Shown here piece by piece: positions 9,865-20,300 of a stretch of DNA of 32,000 bases. The notes under the pieces are model-generated. The model ran no database searches and was not told the origin of the DNA. It saw only the letters and a program-made list of their open reading frames with translations. The stretch comes from Vibrio alginolyticus NBRC 15630 = ATCC 17749 (GTDB lineage: Bacteria; Pseudomonadota; Gammaproteobacteria; Enterobacterales; Vibrionaceae): positions 1,440,001-1,472,000 of the forward strand of contig NC_022359.1 of NCBI RefSeq assembly GCF_000354175.2, in the 5' to 3' direction. How positions within the stretch are numbered: position 1 is the first letter of the stretch; every line of letters starts with the position of its first letter. The position numbers and the translations under genes were made by a program.

Positions 9865-10980
9865 TTAATTTTCATTTTGTTCTGCTATGCCAACCAAACG
9901 GAAGTAGCTTTTCTTTGCATCCCCGTCGGAGATAAGTTCCGCCAGTAACTCCGGCAGAGGCATCCCACACCAACGAATGATCTGTTCGATGGAGTAAGAA
10001 ACTGGTGAGTGAGGTTCACTCTCTCGGAAGAAATCAGCTACTTGCTGCAATTGTCTAATTGCCTGCTCTCGTGATTTCATGTTTGTCGCTAATAATGCAT
10101 CACAACTTTGTGAACTTAACGGTTGTTCAGAAGAAGATTCATCAAGATCCTCTAGCTCTTCAATCACTGCTTGTGGTTGATTAAAACGATCTCCAAGAAG
10201 GTGCCTTAATGCCGAGTGTATTGATTCAAGTCTTTTTGATATATAAGAACTAGGAGTCACATCACCGACCGCTTCATCTAATCGCTGACTGAATTCATTA
10301 AATGATTCCGTAGCGAACTCCAAATCCGTGATTAATTCTCGATAAAACGTATCAGAAGTCGACTTAACCGTAGTTATAATTTCAGATAGCTCAACAGCCC
10401 CAAGCTCGACTCGATTTCGGCGCTTATCTTCGTCTAAGCGCTCAAGCTCTATAGCTTGCTGATATTCCCAATAGGCATAAGCTTGCTCCACGCCTAAGTC
10501 AGTCAATGGTATACAAGCAATTGGAAAAATAAGTGTTCCTTCACTATCGATACCATTGAGGCCAATAATCGCCGATATTCTTGTCTCAATACCATCTTCA
10601 TCAGGCATTGGGTACAGATCATCCCAAAAGTTCTCAATTAAACTGGTTGCGAGTTTGTAGCCAACGCCCATACCACGAAAACCATACAATCGAGTTAGGG
10701 CTTCTATAAGCCAGGCAACAAATTCCAAATCTTTAGACTGATTCGTGAGTATTTCTGGGACATCTTCAATAAATACTCGCCATAAATTACTGTGGGTATA
10801 GATACTTTCTTCTTCTATAAGAGCATTACGTTCAGCGTTGCGGGCGGCCATACGCTGATCTTTCAACCGATAGTAAGCAGACTGTGGTGATACATCCTCT
10901 CTAGGATCAACACCTGTAGGATTTTCTTGAGATATAGGAGCCAACGCTTGTTCATACCAATCAAACATTTCATTACTCAT
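9865..10980 (-). CDS. tssA: T6SS protein TssA (ImpA N-terminal domain, short form)
   Basis: 371-aa ORF. The N-terminus ...LAPISQENPTGVDPREDVSPQSAYYRLKDQR fits the ImpA_N motif (PIS..P.G.D.R.D...Y..L). It lies immediately upstream of tssB. Confidence 0.88.
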   Translation of the reverse strand: MSNEMFDWYEQALAPISQENPTGVDPREDVSPQSAYYRLKDQRMAARNAERNALIEEESIYTHSNLWRVFIEDVPEILTNQSKDLEFVAWLIEALTRLYGFRGMGVGYKLATSLIENFWDDLYPMPDEDGIETRISAIIGLNGIDSEGTLIFPIACIPLTDLGVEQAYAYWEYQQAIELERLDEDKRRNRVELGAVELSEIITTVKSTSDTFYRELITDLEFATESFNEFSQRLDEAVGDVTPSSYISKRLESIHSALRHLLGDRFNQPQAVIEELEDLDESSSEQPLSSQSCDALLATNMKSREQAIRQLQQVADFFRESEPHSPVSYSIEQIIRWCGMPLPELLAELISDGDAKKSYFRLVGIAEQNEN

Positions 10981-11767
10981 AAGCTCTCCCTCTTAGAAAG
11001 ACAGGTATTGTCGCGTCTTCTCTAGCTACTGTTTCGCACTCCGTTTGCGCTTGGCGAACTTTGATCAAAGCACAAGTTACGTTATCACTTGCGCCCCGAA
11101 CCAAAGCCGAATGCATGAGCGCTAATCCAGCTTGGTTGACTGAGTCTGCATACAATGTCCGATGAATTTCATCACTCGTAAGTTCCTTAGAGAGTCCATC
11201 GCTACAGAGTAGAAACTGATCGCCGTCAGCCAACTGCCCTGAAACTTGATCAATAGTGACACTTTCGTCGACCCCAACAGCTCTGGTAATAACATTTGCA
11301 AGAGGGTGAGATTCGGCATCTTCAAATGCCAATAAGCCCTGATCCACTAAGTCCATGACTTGACTATGATCACGTGTTTTTTGGACAAAATTACCACTTC
11401 TAAGCTGGTAAATTCGGCTATCCCCCACCCAAAGACAGTGGTAATACCCATCCTGAATAAACAACAAAACAAGTGTTGTTCCCATCGTTTTACCGTCTAA
11501 GTGATTTTGTGCGTATTGGTAAATTTCTAAGTTCGCTTCTTGAACCACTCTTCGGATATCATCGATATTAGTATTGGAGACATCCTGCATGTGGCGCGCG
11601 ACTCTATCCACTAGCATCTGGCTTGCTATATCGCCAGCACTGTGTCCACCCATTCCATCGGCAACCACCCAAATATGCTGCTCTGTCATATCCAACAGAG
11701 CATCCTCGTTATAAGGGCGTACTTTTCCTGCGTGCGATTTAGCAAAGGTAAAATAGTTCCAATTCAT
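10973..11767 (-). CDS. pppA: PP2C-family Ser/Thr phosphatase PppA (T6SS threonine phosphorylation pathway)
   Basis: 264-aa ORF with PP2C motifs RPYNEDA, VADGMGGHSAGDIAS, GDSRIY, LLCSDGL and SDNVTCA. It overlaps tssA by 8 nt. Confidence 0.92.
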   Translation of the reverse strand: MNWNYFTFAKSHAGKVRPYNEDALLDMTEQHIWVVADGMGGHSAGDIASQMLVDRVARHMQDVSNTNIDDIRRVVQEANLEIYQYAQNHLDGKTMGTTLVLLFIQDGYYHCLWVGDSRIYQLRSGNFVQKTRDHSQVMDLVDQGLLAFEDAESHPLANVITRAVGVDESVTIDQVSGQLADGDQFLLCSDGLSKELTSDEIHRTLYADSVNQAGLALMHSALVRGASDNVTCALIKVRQAQTECETVAREDATIPVFLRGRAYE

Positions 11768-11776
11768 TCTTCTATC

Positions 11777-12472
11777 CTACCAATTCCACTTTTTCCAGCC
11801 GCCATCAAGCATGGCTGAAAACTGACCAATTGAAGGAAATCCACTAGTAATGAACATGCATGGTTCAACCTTCGTTGAACCTTCAGTCCACCAAAAACAT
11901 GGTTTACTCAATCTTTCTTTAATGAGGTAATTCAAAAGCGTATTTTGATCAGTATTGCCGTGATCATGAAAAACTGTAGATATTTGGCTTTGATAAAGAA
12001 ACTCTAGAGGCCTAACTTCACTTGTTACATTCGCAACGAGGTCATTTTTTTCTTGAGTACTCTTATGCCAAACATCAAAGACAAAGTCGTCCTCAAGTAC
12101 TGAAAGAGCAAGAGCGGCACTGTCCTCTGTCCAAGCTCTGTCACCCCAATATTGCGCAGCTTCACCTTTTACGGCACGAGCTATAGTAAAGAAAAAGTAT
12201 CTACCGCATGCATCAACACTAGGAATCATGCTACCAATGTAGGTTGAGTCTTCTAAATAGCTAATATCCAAAGCAAAGTGCCACACAGGAGCCGTTAAAA
12301 AGTGCTCATTCCAGCTTTCACCCAGTTGTTCCCTGCTGACTGCAATAACCGCCTGTTGCCAATCATGCCAACGCTCCGAGAAATCTTGTGATAAACCATC
12401 TTTCACAAAGTCCCCTTTTGCAGGCATTTTACCGATATAGCCCCAGCCTGATGTTATAAGGTTCGTGGACAT
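11777..12472 (-). CDS. tagF: T6SS-associated post-translational regulator TagF (DUF2094)
   Basis: 231-aa ORF. The N-terminal GWGYIGKMPAKGDFV matches the TagF hallmark G.(F/Y).GK.P..GDF. It overlaps the 3' end of tssM by 19 nt and sits 9 nt upstream of pppA. Confidence 0.85.
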   Translation of the reverse strand: MSTNLITSGWGYIGKMPAKGDFVKDGLSQDFSERWHDWQQAVIAVSREQLGESWNEHFLTAPVWHFALDISYLEDSTYIGSMIPSVDACGRYFFFTIARAVKGEAAQYWGDRAWTEDSAALALSVLEDDFVFDVWHKSTQEKNDLVANVTSEVRPLEFLYQSQISTVFHDHGNTDQNTLLNYLIKERLSKPCFWWTEGSTKVEPCMFITSGFPSIGQFSAMLDGGWKKWNW

Positions 12473-15400
12473 CTGAACCTCTCCATTTCATTTGACCAAA
12501 ACGGATTAATGGCACTAGAAGGAATAAGCTCTAGCTGCACCTTATTTCCCTTTAAATCAATCATAACTATATTGTCTTTACGCGATTCTGGCCTTGCTTT
12601 AAGTGATTGATCCAAAAGCTTGAATATGCCCCACTCACCTTCATAGGTATGCGCAATTTCGCGTTTAGATTCAGGTGGTGTGAACACAATTCGAGTCTGA
12701 TCTTGACCGGCAGGCCAACTCAACGATTTAGCTCTTGCTGGTCCATGCTTATAAACCAAATCTTGTCCACCCAACTCTAAGACAAATCGAGTAATGTGCT
12801 GGTCTAGATAAACAGGCTTCATCCCAAACTCTACGCGTAAGGAATTATCAGATTCAAAGAAAGACTGCCTGATACGTTGCGCTCTTTGAAAGACCATTAG
12901 TGTTTCTGGACGAACTCCAATTTCCTTTTCTAATCGCCAACGACTTTTCGAAGTATCCACAAACGGTTCGAGGTATTCTTGGAAGAATGCGTCAAGCGTG
13001 CCTCCATAACCAAAGAATCGCTTAAAGTCTTTCAATCTGACTTCTCTGCTCGCATTGGGCTCGAATGGATATCTGCCAGCAATAGTCCGCTGATAAGGGC
13101 GCACCACTTGTGTTACCCAAAGTTGATTTAGATGATCCTTCGAACCGCTCTCCGCAAACTTGACCGACTCTTGAGAAAGCTCACCTAGCCATTGATTAAA
13201 TGGTCTCGGCAAAAGTTCTTTAGCACGAGCAAAGGAAGCTGCGACATCTTGTGTAACGGTTCCATCTAAAATACTTTTGTAGGCAATTTTCTGATTGTTA
13301 CCAGAGCTTGATAAGTCACTTAAATACGAACGCAAGTTAACCATTGCTTGTTGAATATCATCAAAGTCTTGCTCACCAAGGCGTAAGATCTCTGAAAAAT
13401 GCGATTCGACTTCTTTACCTGGCAGAGCAACATTGAAACCGTTTTCTTCAGGTAAATACATGTCTAGTCTATCTGCCGTATTTGAAAACTTAACTTTGGC
13501 AACTTTACCAGCAACTTCAGAAGCGGCTTTTTGATTTTCTGACAATGATACTTTTGATAGAGCAACCTCTTTTTGGATTGCTCTCAACAAAGATTCGATT
13601 GGTCTTTCAACTCCAGATAAAACCCTCGCTTGCTCTGTCGCAAGTTCTAGGCTCGGAGCCTGCTTCAATTGAATATCTTCGATCAACGTTTTCCATTCAT
13701 TAACATAATCTTGATAGTATCGAGACTGAACGCCTTGGATGGCACTATCTTGATCAATTTCATGGGCCTTAAGATCGTCACCATAAACCCAGTTCTCTTC
13801 CATTAGGCTTTTTACTGTACGGTTGATCTGAATCTGAAAAATGCTATGAAAACCATTGTACGTGTAGAAACCCGAAATGCCTTGTGATAGCGGTTTTCCA
13901 CTAGCTCGCTCGAACTGCTCAAGCCCTTTAGGTCCCAATACATCAGTCAAGCGAAATGAAGGTACATGACTATTAGAAAATTGTATTTTCATTCGCTGAT
14001 AAGCACGTTCAGGTAGAGACATTTGAGTCAACACTTCTCGAGCACTCGTCACAGCAGCAGTGTTGTAAGTAAAGCCTTGTCCATCGTTGCCTAATAAATA
14101 TTGAGTGTGCTGTAGCAAGCGTCTTCTTAAGTCTGCGTTTAGCTCACCCGGATATTGACGTTCGAAATAAAAGTTAAACCAAGCCAACACTTCATCTTGT
14201 TGATATTTGTCTGGATTGAATAACATCAAATACGTTTTTAACGTTTCGTACAAATACTCACGGTGCTGTTGATTGCTCTCCATTTCTGACACCAAGCTAT
14301 CAAGAAGCAGAGGGGCGTAATATTGGGTCAAAGCATCAGAATATGCATTATTTGCCGCCTGAGACACTTTGTCTCCCTGATAGAGACCAAACCTCTTTAC
14401 AGAGTCGGCATCACCGTAGTCGCTTTGCTTTCCGAGAGGAAGCGTCATCAACCTATCTAATGTTTCTACAGCTGAAACAATATCTGCTTCAAAATCTAAA
14501 CTTTGAGCGCCAATCATTGCATCAATATGGCTAGCTTGTTCATTGGTGTCGACAATTAACTGTGAGTTCCACTTATAACTCATAAACCAAAGCGAAGAAG
14601 CTCCGAGCAGTAGCGTTGTACACCCAATGTAAACACCTCGACGCATCCAACCTGACTGCTTTTGATAGTGACGATTAACTGTTCCTAACAGTTGCTCTTT
14701 GAAAATAACCTTGTCAAAAAGATTCTTTACGAAATAACTATGAGAACCAGTCTGACTCTTTGCTAGAGCTAATCGATTTAACCCAAGTCCATTGGTTGAT
14801 TCATTCATCAGCTTATCGACTGGTAAGCCTTCTTGAACCGAACTCAACATAAACACACCACGAATCAAGGCAGGCTCTTCAAAACTGTTTTGTGCAAAAA
14901 TTTCAGCTAAAAACTCGTCAAGATTAGCTTGTAGCACTCTTAATTGCTTTGGAAATTCAAAGATAAGCGCGCGTTTATCTAAATCGTCCTCTGTTTCAAG
15001 TATTCTAAGCATACGGGCATCAAGGCGCTCCAACATGCCATGAAATTCTTTGTTGAATAGAGAAATAACGCCTCTTTCATCATCCACTTCACGAGGGAAC
15101 ATGAAACCAAATAATTCCTCTCGCTCTCCCTTACTTAAATCGGCAAAAAACTCATTGAAACCGGCAACTAAATCCATTTTGGTGAGCAATACGTAAATCG
15201 GAAACTGCATGCCTAACTGGTTTTTCAGTTCTTGAAGTCTCGACTTAATTGCTCGAGCATGAAGACTTCGCTCGGTTCGAGTCTGAGACATCACGCTGGC
15301 TAAACTTATCGTAACAATCGCACCATTAATTGGTCTTTGCGTTCTATACTTTTTCAACAATCCTAAGAAACCATGCCACGCTTTAGAGTCGACCTTTTCT

Positions 15401-15972
15401 TGACTGTCTTGTGTCGTATACCGGCCAGCCGTATCTATAAGAACTGCTTTATTTGCAAACCACCAATCACAGTGGCGAGTGCCACCTACACCGGCAATAG
15501 AGTCAGAGCCAAGGCTGTCTCCTAATGGAAACTCTAACCCCGACTGCTTTAATACGGTTGTTTTCCCCGTTCCAGGAGGGCCAATCAACACATACCACGG
15601 TAAGTCATACAAGCTTCTCTTGCCTTTGTGTGTTTTCGTCACTACTTTGACAGCTTGCTCAATACGCTCGCGCATTAAGTCAATTTCACTTGCCGCTTCT
15701 TTATCTGATAGGCTATCAACCTCAAGCAACGTTTGAATACTTTCGTCTTCTTTCACCTTTTGCTTATGCTGCTTGGTAACGTTAAATATCGCCCAAAGCA
15801 ACACCAACACTAGAATAGTGACTAGCCGTTGAAAGTCACTCTTTAGGGGCTCATATCCCGCTATCGCAATAAGTGGACCAACAACCCAAATGAAAATAGA
15901 ACAAGCAGCGACACCGATAAGACCGAGAAACCATCTTTGAGTAAATATTCTGCCAATTTCTTTAATACGCAT
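12454..15972 (-). CDS. tssM: T6SS membrane complex subunit TssM (IcmF)
   Basis: 1172-aa ORF with N-terminal transmembrane helices, Walker A GPPGTGKTT and a further TM segment near residue 450. Its size and position after tssL fit IcmF-family TssM. Confidence 0.95.
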   Translation of the reverse strand: MRIKEIGRIFTQRWFLGLIGVAACSIFIWVVGPLIAIAGYEPLKSDFQRLVTILVLVLLWAIFNVTKQHKQKVKEDESIQTLLEVDSLSDKEAASEIDLMRERIEQAVKVVTKTHKGKRSLYDLPWYVLIGPPGTGKTTVLKQSGLEFPLGDSLGSDSIAGVGGTRHCDWWFANKAVLIDTAGRYTTQDSQEKVDSKAWHGFLGLLKKYRTQRPINGAIVTISLASVMSQTRTERSLHARAIKSRLQELKNQLGMQFPIYVLLTKMDLVAGFNEFFADLSKGEREELFGFMFPREVDDERGVISLFNKEFHGMLERLDARMLRILETEDDLDKRALIFEFPKQLRVLQANLDEFLAEIFAQNSFEEPALIRGVFMLSSVQEGLPVDKLMNESTNGLGLNRLALAKSQTGSHSYFVKNLFDKVIFKEQLLGTVNRHYQKQSGWMRRGVYIGCTTLLLGASSLWFMSYKWNSQLIVDTNEQASHIDAMIGAQSLDFEADIVSAVETLDRLMTLPLGKQSDYGDADSVKRFGLYQGDKVSQAANNAYSDALTQYYAPLLLDSLVSEMESNQQHREYLYETLKTYLMLFNPDKYQQDEVLAWFNFYFERQYPGELNADLRRRLLQHTQYLLGNDGQGFTYNTAAVTSAREVLTQMSLPERAYQRMKIQFSNSHVPSFRLTDVLGPKGLEQFERASGKPLSQGISGFYTYNGFHSIFQIQINRTVKSLMEENWVYGDDLKAHEIDQDSAIQGVQSRYYQDYVNEWKTLIEDIQLKQAPSLELATEQARVLSGVERPIESLLRAIQKEVALSKVSLSENQKAASEVAGKVAKVKFSNTADRLDMYLPEENGFNVALPGKEVESHFSEILRLGEQDFDDIQQAMVNLRSYLSDLSSSGNNQKIAYKSILDGTVTQDVAASFARAKELLPRPFNQWLGELSQESVKFAESGSKDHLNQLWVTQVVRPYQRTIAGRYPFEPNASREVRLKDFKRFFGYGGTLDAFFQEYLEPFVDTSKSRWRLEKEIGVRPETLMVFQRAQRIRQSFFESDNSLRVEFGMKPVYLDQHITRFVLELGGQDLVYKHGPARAKSLSWPAGQDQTRIVFTPPESKREIAHTYEGEWGIFKLLDQSLKARPESRKDNIVMIDLKGNKVQLELIPSSAINPFWSNEMERFRCPRTL

Positions 15973-15988
15973 CTCTATCTACCTATTA

Positions 15989-17281
15989 TTAATTCGCGAC
16001 AAGAAGGTCGATTTCAATCCGGCGGTTAATAGCTCGGTTTTCATCACTACTGTTTTCAACTAATGGTCTTGCATCCCCCAATCCCTCGGGTATCACTCGC
16101 CCTTCTAATGCACTATTCGAGATCAGTTGTTCAGACATAGCAGTGGCTCGAGCTAATGATAGGTGCCAGTTCGAGGGATATTTACTCGTGAAAATAGGCC
16201 TATCGTCGGTGTGACCAGTAACAATGATCTTGCCTTGGGTCGACTCCAATGTTCTCGCAAGCTTAGAAATAACGGGTTGGATGTAAGCGACAACATCAGC
16301 ACTACCTGATTCAAATAGATCTTGAGACTTTAACGAAATTCTTACCCTGTCTTGCAGCGGCTCAACATTGATTAGCCCCTTACCGATCTCAGTTGCTAGA
16401 TACATTGAAATCTTTTCTGCAATTGGCGCTGATTTTGATTCTGACGTTGCATCTTGGTTAAGTTGTTGCGGTTGAATCAAATTGACTAATTGAGAAAAGG
16501 TGCGATTGGATGCCTTATTTAGCTCATAGCTAAAATACATATATATGCAGACCAATAATGCCGCCGTTACAGAACATACAACCCAAAGAGGGGCTCTATC
16601 AGAAGCCTTTGAGCCATTCAAAATGTGTTGGTCGATACTATTACTTAGCTCCTGAGGGACTCCTCTCCCATAAGACTTAAGAGTAGCAATAACCTGTCTT
16701 CTCAATTTCCGGTGCGATTCCAGTCCATTTTTTTCTAAACGGTATTGACCCAGAAACCCGAGAGATAAGCACACATACATTAGTTCAAGCAAATCTAAGT
16801 TCGCATCTGGTTTCGCCATGCACTTATCAAGATGCTTAAAAAACGCTTCCCCACCTTGACTGCTAGCATAGAAGGAGCTAAGTAATGAATCGTGACTCCA
16901 GAATGAATGCCCACCCCAATTGGTGTTAAGGACAACTTCATCTAGTGAACAGCATAAACAATAACGAGCTGTATCAATGGTATCCAAATCAACGTCATGC
17001 TGACGTAATCGGTTCTCATAATCTCTAAGCTTTTGTGCCAATGTCTCTTTTAGAAACAACGGATCGGAATGAGTCGCTGTCGACCGAATTTGACCGATAA
17101 TAGATAACAGGCCATTCGCCTCTGCTAGTAGAGAGTTACTCCCATAAGCGACCACTGAATCATTGTTCACCAATTCAGGGCTTTTTGAGATAACTACGGT
17201 ATTATCCACAAACTTTTCTGATTGTGGTTTCGATGCGGGTGCTCTTCCACCCGGTGTTGGTTTTACTATCGTTTGTTCCAT
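15989..17281 (-). CDS. tssL: T6SS membrane complex subunit TssL (DotU) with C-terminal OmpA/MotB-like peptidoglycan-binding domain
   Basis: 430-aa ORF with a DotU-like cytoplasmic part. It has one TM helix (PLWVVCSVTAALLVCIYMYF). The C-terminal OmpA-like motifs are GHTD..P, NW.LS.ARA and NRRIEIDL. Confidence 0.9.
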   Translation of the reverse strand: MEQTIVKPTPGGRAPASKPQSEKFVDNTVVISKSPELVNNDSVVAYGSNSLLAEANGLLSIIGQIRSTATHSDPLFLKETLAQKLRDYENRLRQHDVDLDTIDTARYCLCCSLDEVVLNTNWGGHSFWSHDSLLSSFYASSQGGEAFFKHLDKCMAKPDANLDLLELMYVCLSLGFLGQYRLEKNGLESHRKLRRQVIATLKSYGRGVPQELSNSIDQHILNGSKASDRAPLWVVCSVTAALLVCIYMYFSYELNKASNRTFSQLVNLIQPQQLNQDATSESKSAPIAEKISMYLATEIGKGLINVEPLQDRVRISLKSQDLFESGSADVVAYIQPVISKLARTLESTQGKIIVTGHTDDRPIFTSKYPSNWHLSLARATAMSEQLISNSALEGRVIPEGLGDARPLVENSSDENRAINRRIEIDLLVAN

Positions 17282-17292
17282 ACAGAGCGCGC

Positions 17293-18618
17293 CTATTGAT
17301 TAATACTCCAAAGCTCAAGTTCAGCATTAGGAAAATGCCCTGATAGGTGAAGCGCAATACCGCCACTATCTTTTAGCCTCATCCAAAATGGCCCTTTCTT
17401 GACAACTTCGAAATAGACATAGCCCGTTTGGTAAGGAATCTGTCTCGGGACGACACTCAACGGCACTACGTTTATACCGTTGATCTGATTATTAATTAGA
17501 TCGCGAATCTGTTCTGCCGGGCCAAACTTGAGTTGCGCTGGGACCAGGCGTCTTATTTCATCTGTTGTGGTATCTGCTTTAATTGCTAGCACAAATTGGC
17601 ATGACTCAAGCAAGCGTTTATCTGGAAGCGGCGTCACTTGAATACCGTATTGGCGAGGCTCCAACGGAAGTTTGGTCGCAGTTTGGTCAAGAACAACACT
17701 GAGGTACTGACTGAGTATCTGATTCAACTCGCTATAAACACTTGATACATCTAAGTGATCATACGCAAGCAAACTTGGGACTCTTTTAGTTTTATTAGAA
17801 AAAGTGGCTAACTCACCAATGTAACCTTTAAGTGTCGTCGCTAATTCCAGTGGATGTAACCTATCTAACTCACTGAAATGCTTTAACTTCGCCTCATATC
17901 GGTTCAACATTTGGAGCATGATGAAATCAACAGCAGATGCCGATGCAGATTTGCCCTTAATCAAGCGCTGCGCAATAACGTCAGCACGCATCTTTGTCAT
18001 CGCGATAACGTTACGTAGATAAGCTGACATAACTTTATCGCTCAGGAGATTGATAAGCGGAGGAACGTACTCATCGTCTAGTATAACTTCCCCTTCAGGA
18101 GTTACCTCTTTGATCCTTAAGATAGGTAACTCCACATAACCCGCTAATTTGTCATTACTCGCTTTCAACTCAAGGTTGAGGGCTGCAACTTGGATGGTTT
18201 CTTCATCTTGTCCTGTAAGGTTATCTATCACGTCGATATCTTGAAGTACATAACGAGAGACGATCGATTCGCTTACATCCGAAACGTTTTTACCTGTAAC
18301 ACTTGAAAGAGGGAGAGTTATTTTTACTAACGTATTTTCAGTGTTTTTATCAATAAGTAGAGGCGAAACTGAATCGTTGGATATTAACGTATTAACCAAC
18401 GTCATATCCGGCAAAACAGCTTCAAGATGCTCAAGTTCAATAAGACCATCTTTTAGCGCGTGTTTTTTTACTCGACATTTGCAAACTCCCCAATTGTAAA
18501 CCCCACCTAACTGATGTAAGCCTTTGAATTCTTGAGAGGTTGCGCGTTCTTGTTGTTGGAAGTGCTGGGGACGTAAAAACATTCCCTCGCACCAAGCCGT
18601 CTTGGAGTATTGCGTCAT
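17293..18618 (-). CDS. tssK: T6SS baseplate subunit TssK
   Basis: 441-aa ORF. The N-terminus TAWCEGMFLRPQHFQQQER is the classic TssK signature (W.EG..L.PQHFQQ.(D/E)R). Confidence 0.93.
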   Translation of the reverse strand: MTQYSKTAWCEGMFLRPQHFQQQERATSQEFKGLHQLGGVYNWGVCKCRVKKHALKDGLIELEHLEAVLPDMTLVNTLISNDSVSPLLIDKNTENTLVKITLPLSSVTGKNVSDVSESIVSRYVLQDIDVIDNLTGQDEETIQVAALNLELKASNDKLAGYVELPILRIKEVTPEGEVILDDEYVPPLINLLSDKVMSAYLRNVIAMTKMRADVIAQRLIKGKSASASAVDFIMLQMLNRYEAKLKHFSELDRLHPLELATTLKGYIGELATFSNKTKRVPSLLAYDHLDVSSVYSELNQILSQYLSVVLDQTATKLPLEPRQYGIQVTPLPDKRLLESCQFVLAIKADTTTDEIRRLVPAQLKFGPAEQIRDLINNQINGINVVPLSVVPRQIPYQTGYVYFEVVKKGPFWMRLKDSGGIALHLSGHFPNAELELWSINQ

Positions 18619-18639
18619 TTATAATTAGCCAACTAAACG

Positions 18640-19098
18640 TTATTTAACGACCAAAGACAGATCTTCTAACAATACTTGATATGTGTTGTAACCGGTCTTA
18701 TCCACTTTAATGACTTGTCGCCAATTTGAGTTTTCAATATCTCGAAACGCTACGACAATGCCTAAATATTCTGTCTTTGGAGACATACTTGCTTGATATG
18801 TTTCTTTCTGACCTGGAGTTAATGAAACTTCATATTTATTCACTAAATCAGGTCCTAAGACTTTTTCACTTTCTTCATAAATAGAAAAAAAGTCCTGGCT
18901 TTCGAAAATGGTATTTGACGTTAATTCAAATACATACACCACTACAGGAGAAGGCCTGCCGTTTGAATCAGGATTAATGTTATGACTTGCTGCTATTTCT
19001 AAATCTGAGTATGGATCAACAACTAGGTTCGCTGCTGAGCACCCAAATAAAGCCATTGAAATTAATAACAAAATATATTGGTAAAACTTTTTCATCAC
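18640..19098 (-). CDS. tssJ: T6SS outer-membrane lipoprotein TssJ
   Basis: 152-aa ORF with a signal peptide and lipobox-like ALFGC at residues 16-20. Size and position between fha and tssK fit TssJ. Confidence 0.85.
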   Translation of the reverse strand: MMKKFYQYILLLISMALFGCSAANLVVDPYSDLEIAASHNINPDSNGRPSPVVVYVFELTSNTIFESQDFFSIYEESEKVLGPDLVNKYEVSLTPGQKETYQASMSPKTEYLGIVVAFRDIENSNWRQVIKVDKTGYNTYQVLLEDLSLVVK

Positions 19099-19106
19099 CC
19101 TAATTC

Positions 19107-20300
19107 CTAGCCTTTGTTTTTTAATGCTAATTCATAGTGCTTAGCGAAGTCTTCTAAATAGAACGGAGACTCTTTATTGATAATATCATCGGATAACTTT
19201 TCATGAATATCCTCAAACCTCTTCCAACTTTGAGCATATTTTCTAGCTGGAATAACCTTATTAATAACCGTGTCTTTCGCTAAAGCATCTGAGTATATAG
19301 AAGTAGGTTCAACAAGTGACATAACACTCGAAACCGTACCTTCAACACCTTTCATTAAGGCTTGCTCATGACTTTCGATGTCATTAAATGCTTCTTTAAT
19401 GGCTGCATTTGGCTTTAAGAAGCTAGCCGTTTGACGGTTATATAAGTTATGAATCGCATCTTCTAAGTTTGCAGAAAACTTTAAAGGGTTATTTTCTGAC
19501 TTACGAAATGCGGTATGACTAAGTCGATTTGTTTGCTTAAACACTGCTCTGTTATGCAGTGTTTCCATTAAACCAACTAGCATCAAAGAAAATGACTCCC
19601 CCAGTTGTTCAAACCATTCCTCTCGGTTATCGCTGGGAATCATCATTGGATCTATACCCACCCCTCTAACAAAAGCCGCAAGTTCACCCCCATTGGTATC
19701 AAAGTTGGGAGTCGATAGGTGTTCTGATTGTCGGTTAACTTTCGGTAAAGTTTCAGATACGGTGCTCTGTTTTTTGGGCTTTGGGATATCAATAAAATCA
19801 TCGACTAAACCAATATCTAGCTGAAAGTCAGAAGGAACACTTTCGTTTAAGAGTTCACTAGCACTAAGGCCTAGGTCAACAAATTCCTCTTCCGATGGAC
19901 TTGAGACTACTTCAGGGGGGGCGCTAGAAAGACTTTTACTTGTCTCAAGGCTGAATACATCTGTATCTGTTTGAACAGAAACTGAAATTTGATAATCCCC
20001 TAAGCTAACCATATCGTCATTGCTTAGTGCTATTTCATTTCCTTGACCCACAGGAGTTACAGCATTATTTACAAAAGTACCATTCGTTGAGAGGTCTTTT
20101 ATCAAGTATTTGTCACCAAACTTAATCAGTTCTCCGTGGGTTCCGGATACCACTCTTTCAGGATCTGGTAGTGTCCAATCACATTGTTCAGACCTACCAA
20201 ATGTAACCTTGGCATGTTCATCACTTGATTCAAACACGAACTCACTCTCAATCTCTGGAGTAAATTTGTGAAAACTTGTTATGGTTAAAACCAACTTCAT
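19107..20300 (-). CDS. tagH: FHA-domain T6SS scaffold Fha/TagH (ImpI)
   Basis: 397-aa ORF. The N-terminal FHA domain shows FGRSEQCDWTLPDPERVVSGTHGEL...YLIKDLSTNGTFVNN. A Ser/Pro/Glu-rich linker and a helical C-terminal domain follow. It is the first gene of the minus-strand operon, with GAGG 6 nt before the ATG. Confidence 0.9.
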   Translation of the reverse strand: MKLVLTITSFHKFTPEIESEFVFESSDEHAKVTFGRSEQCDWTLPDPERVVSGTHGELIKFGDKYLIKDLSTNGTFVNNAVTPVGQGNEIALSNDDMVSLGDYQISVSVQTDTDVFSLETSKSLSSAPPEVVSSPSEEEFVDLGLSASELLNESVPSDFQLDIGLVDDFIDIPKPKKQSTVSETLPKVNRQSEHLSTPNFDTNGGELAAFVRGVGIDPMMIPSDNREEWFEQLGESFSLMLVGLMETLHNRAVFKQTNRLSHTAFRKSENNPLKFSANLEDAIHNLYNRQTASFLKPNAAIKEAFNDIESHEQALMKGVEGTVSSVMSLVEPTSIYSDALAKDTVINKVIPARKYAQSWKRFEDIHEKLSDDIINKESPFYLEDFAKHYELALKNKG

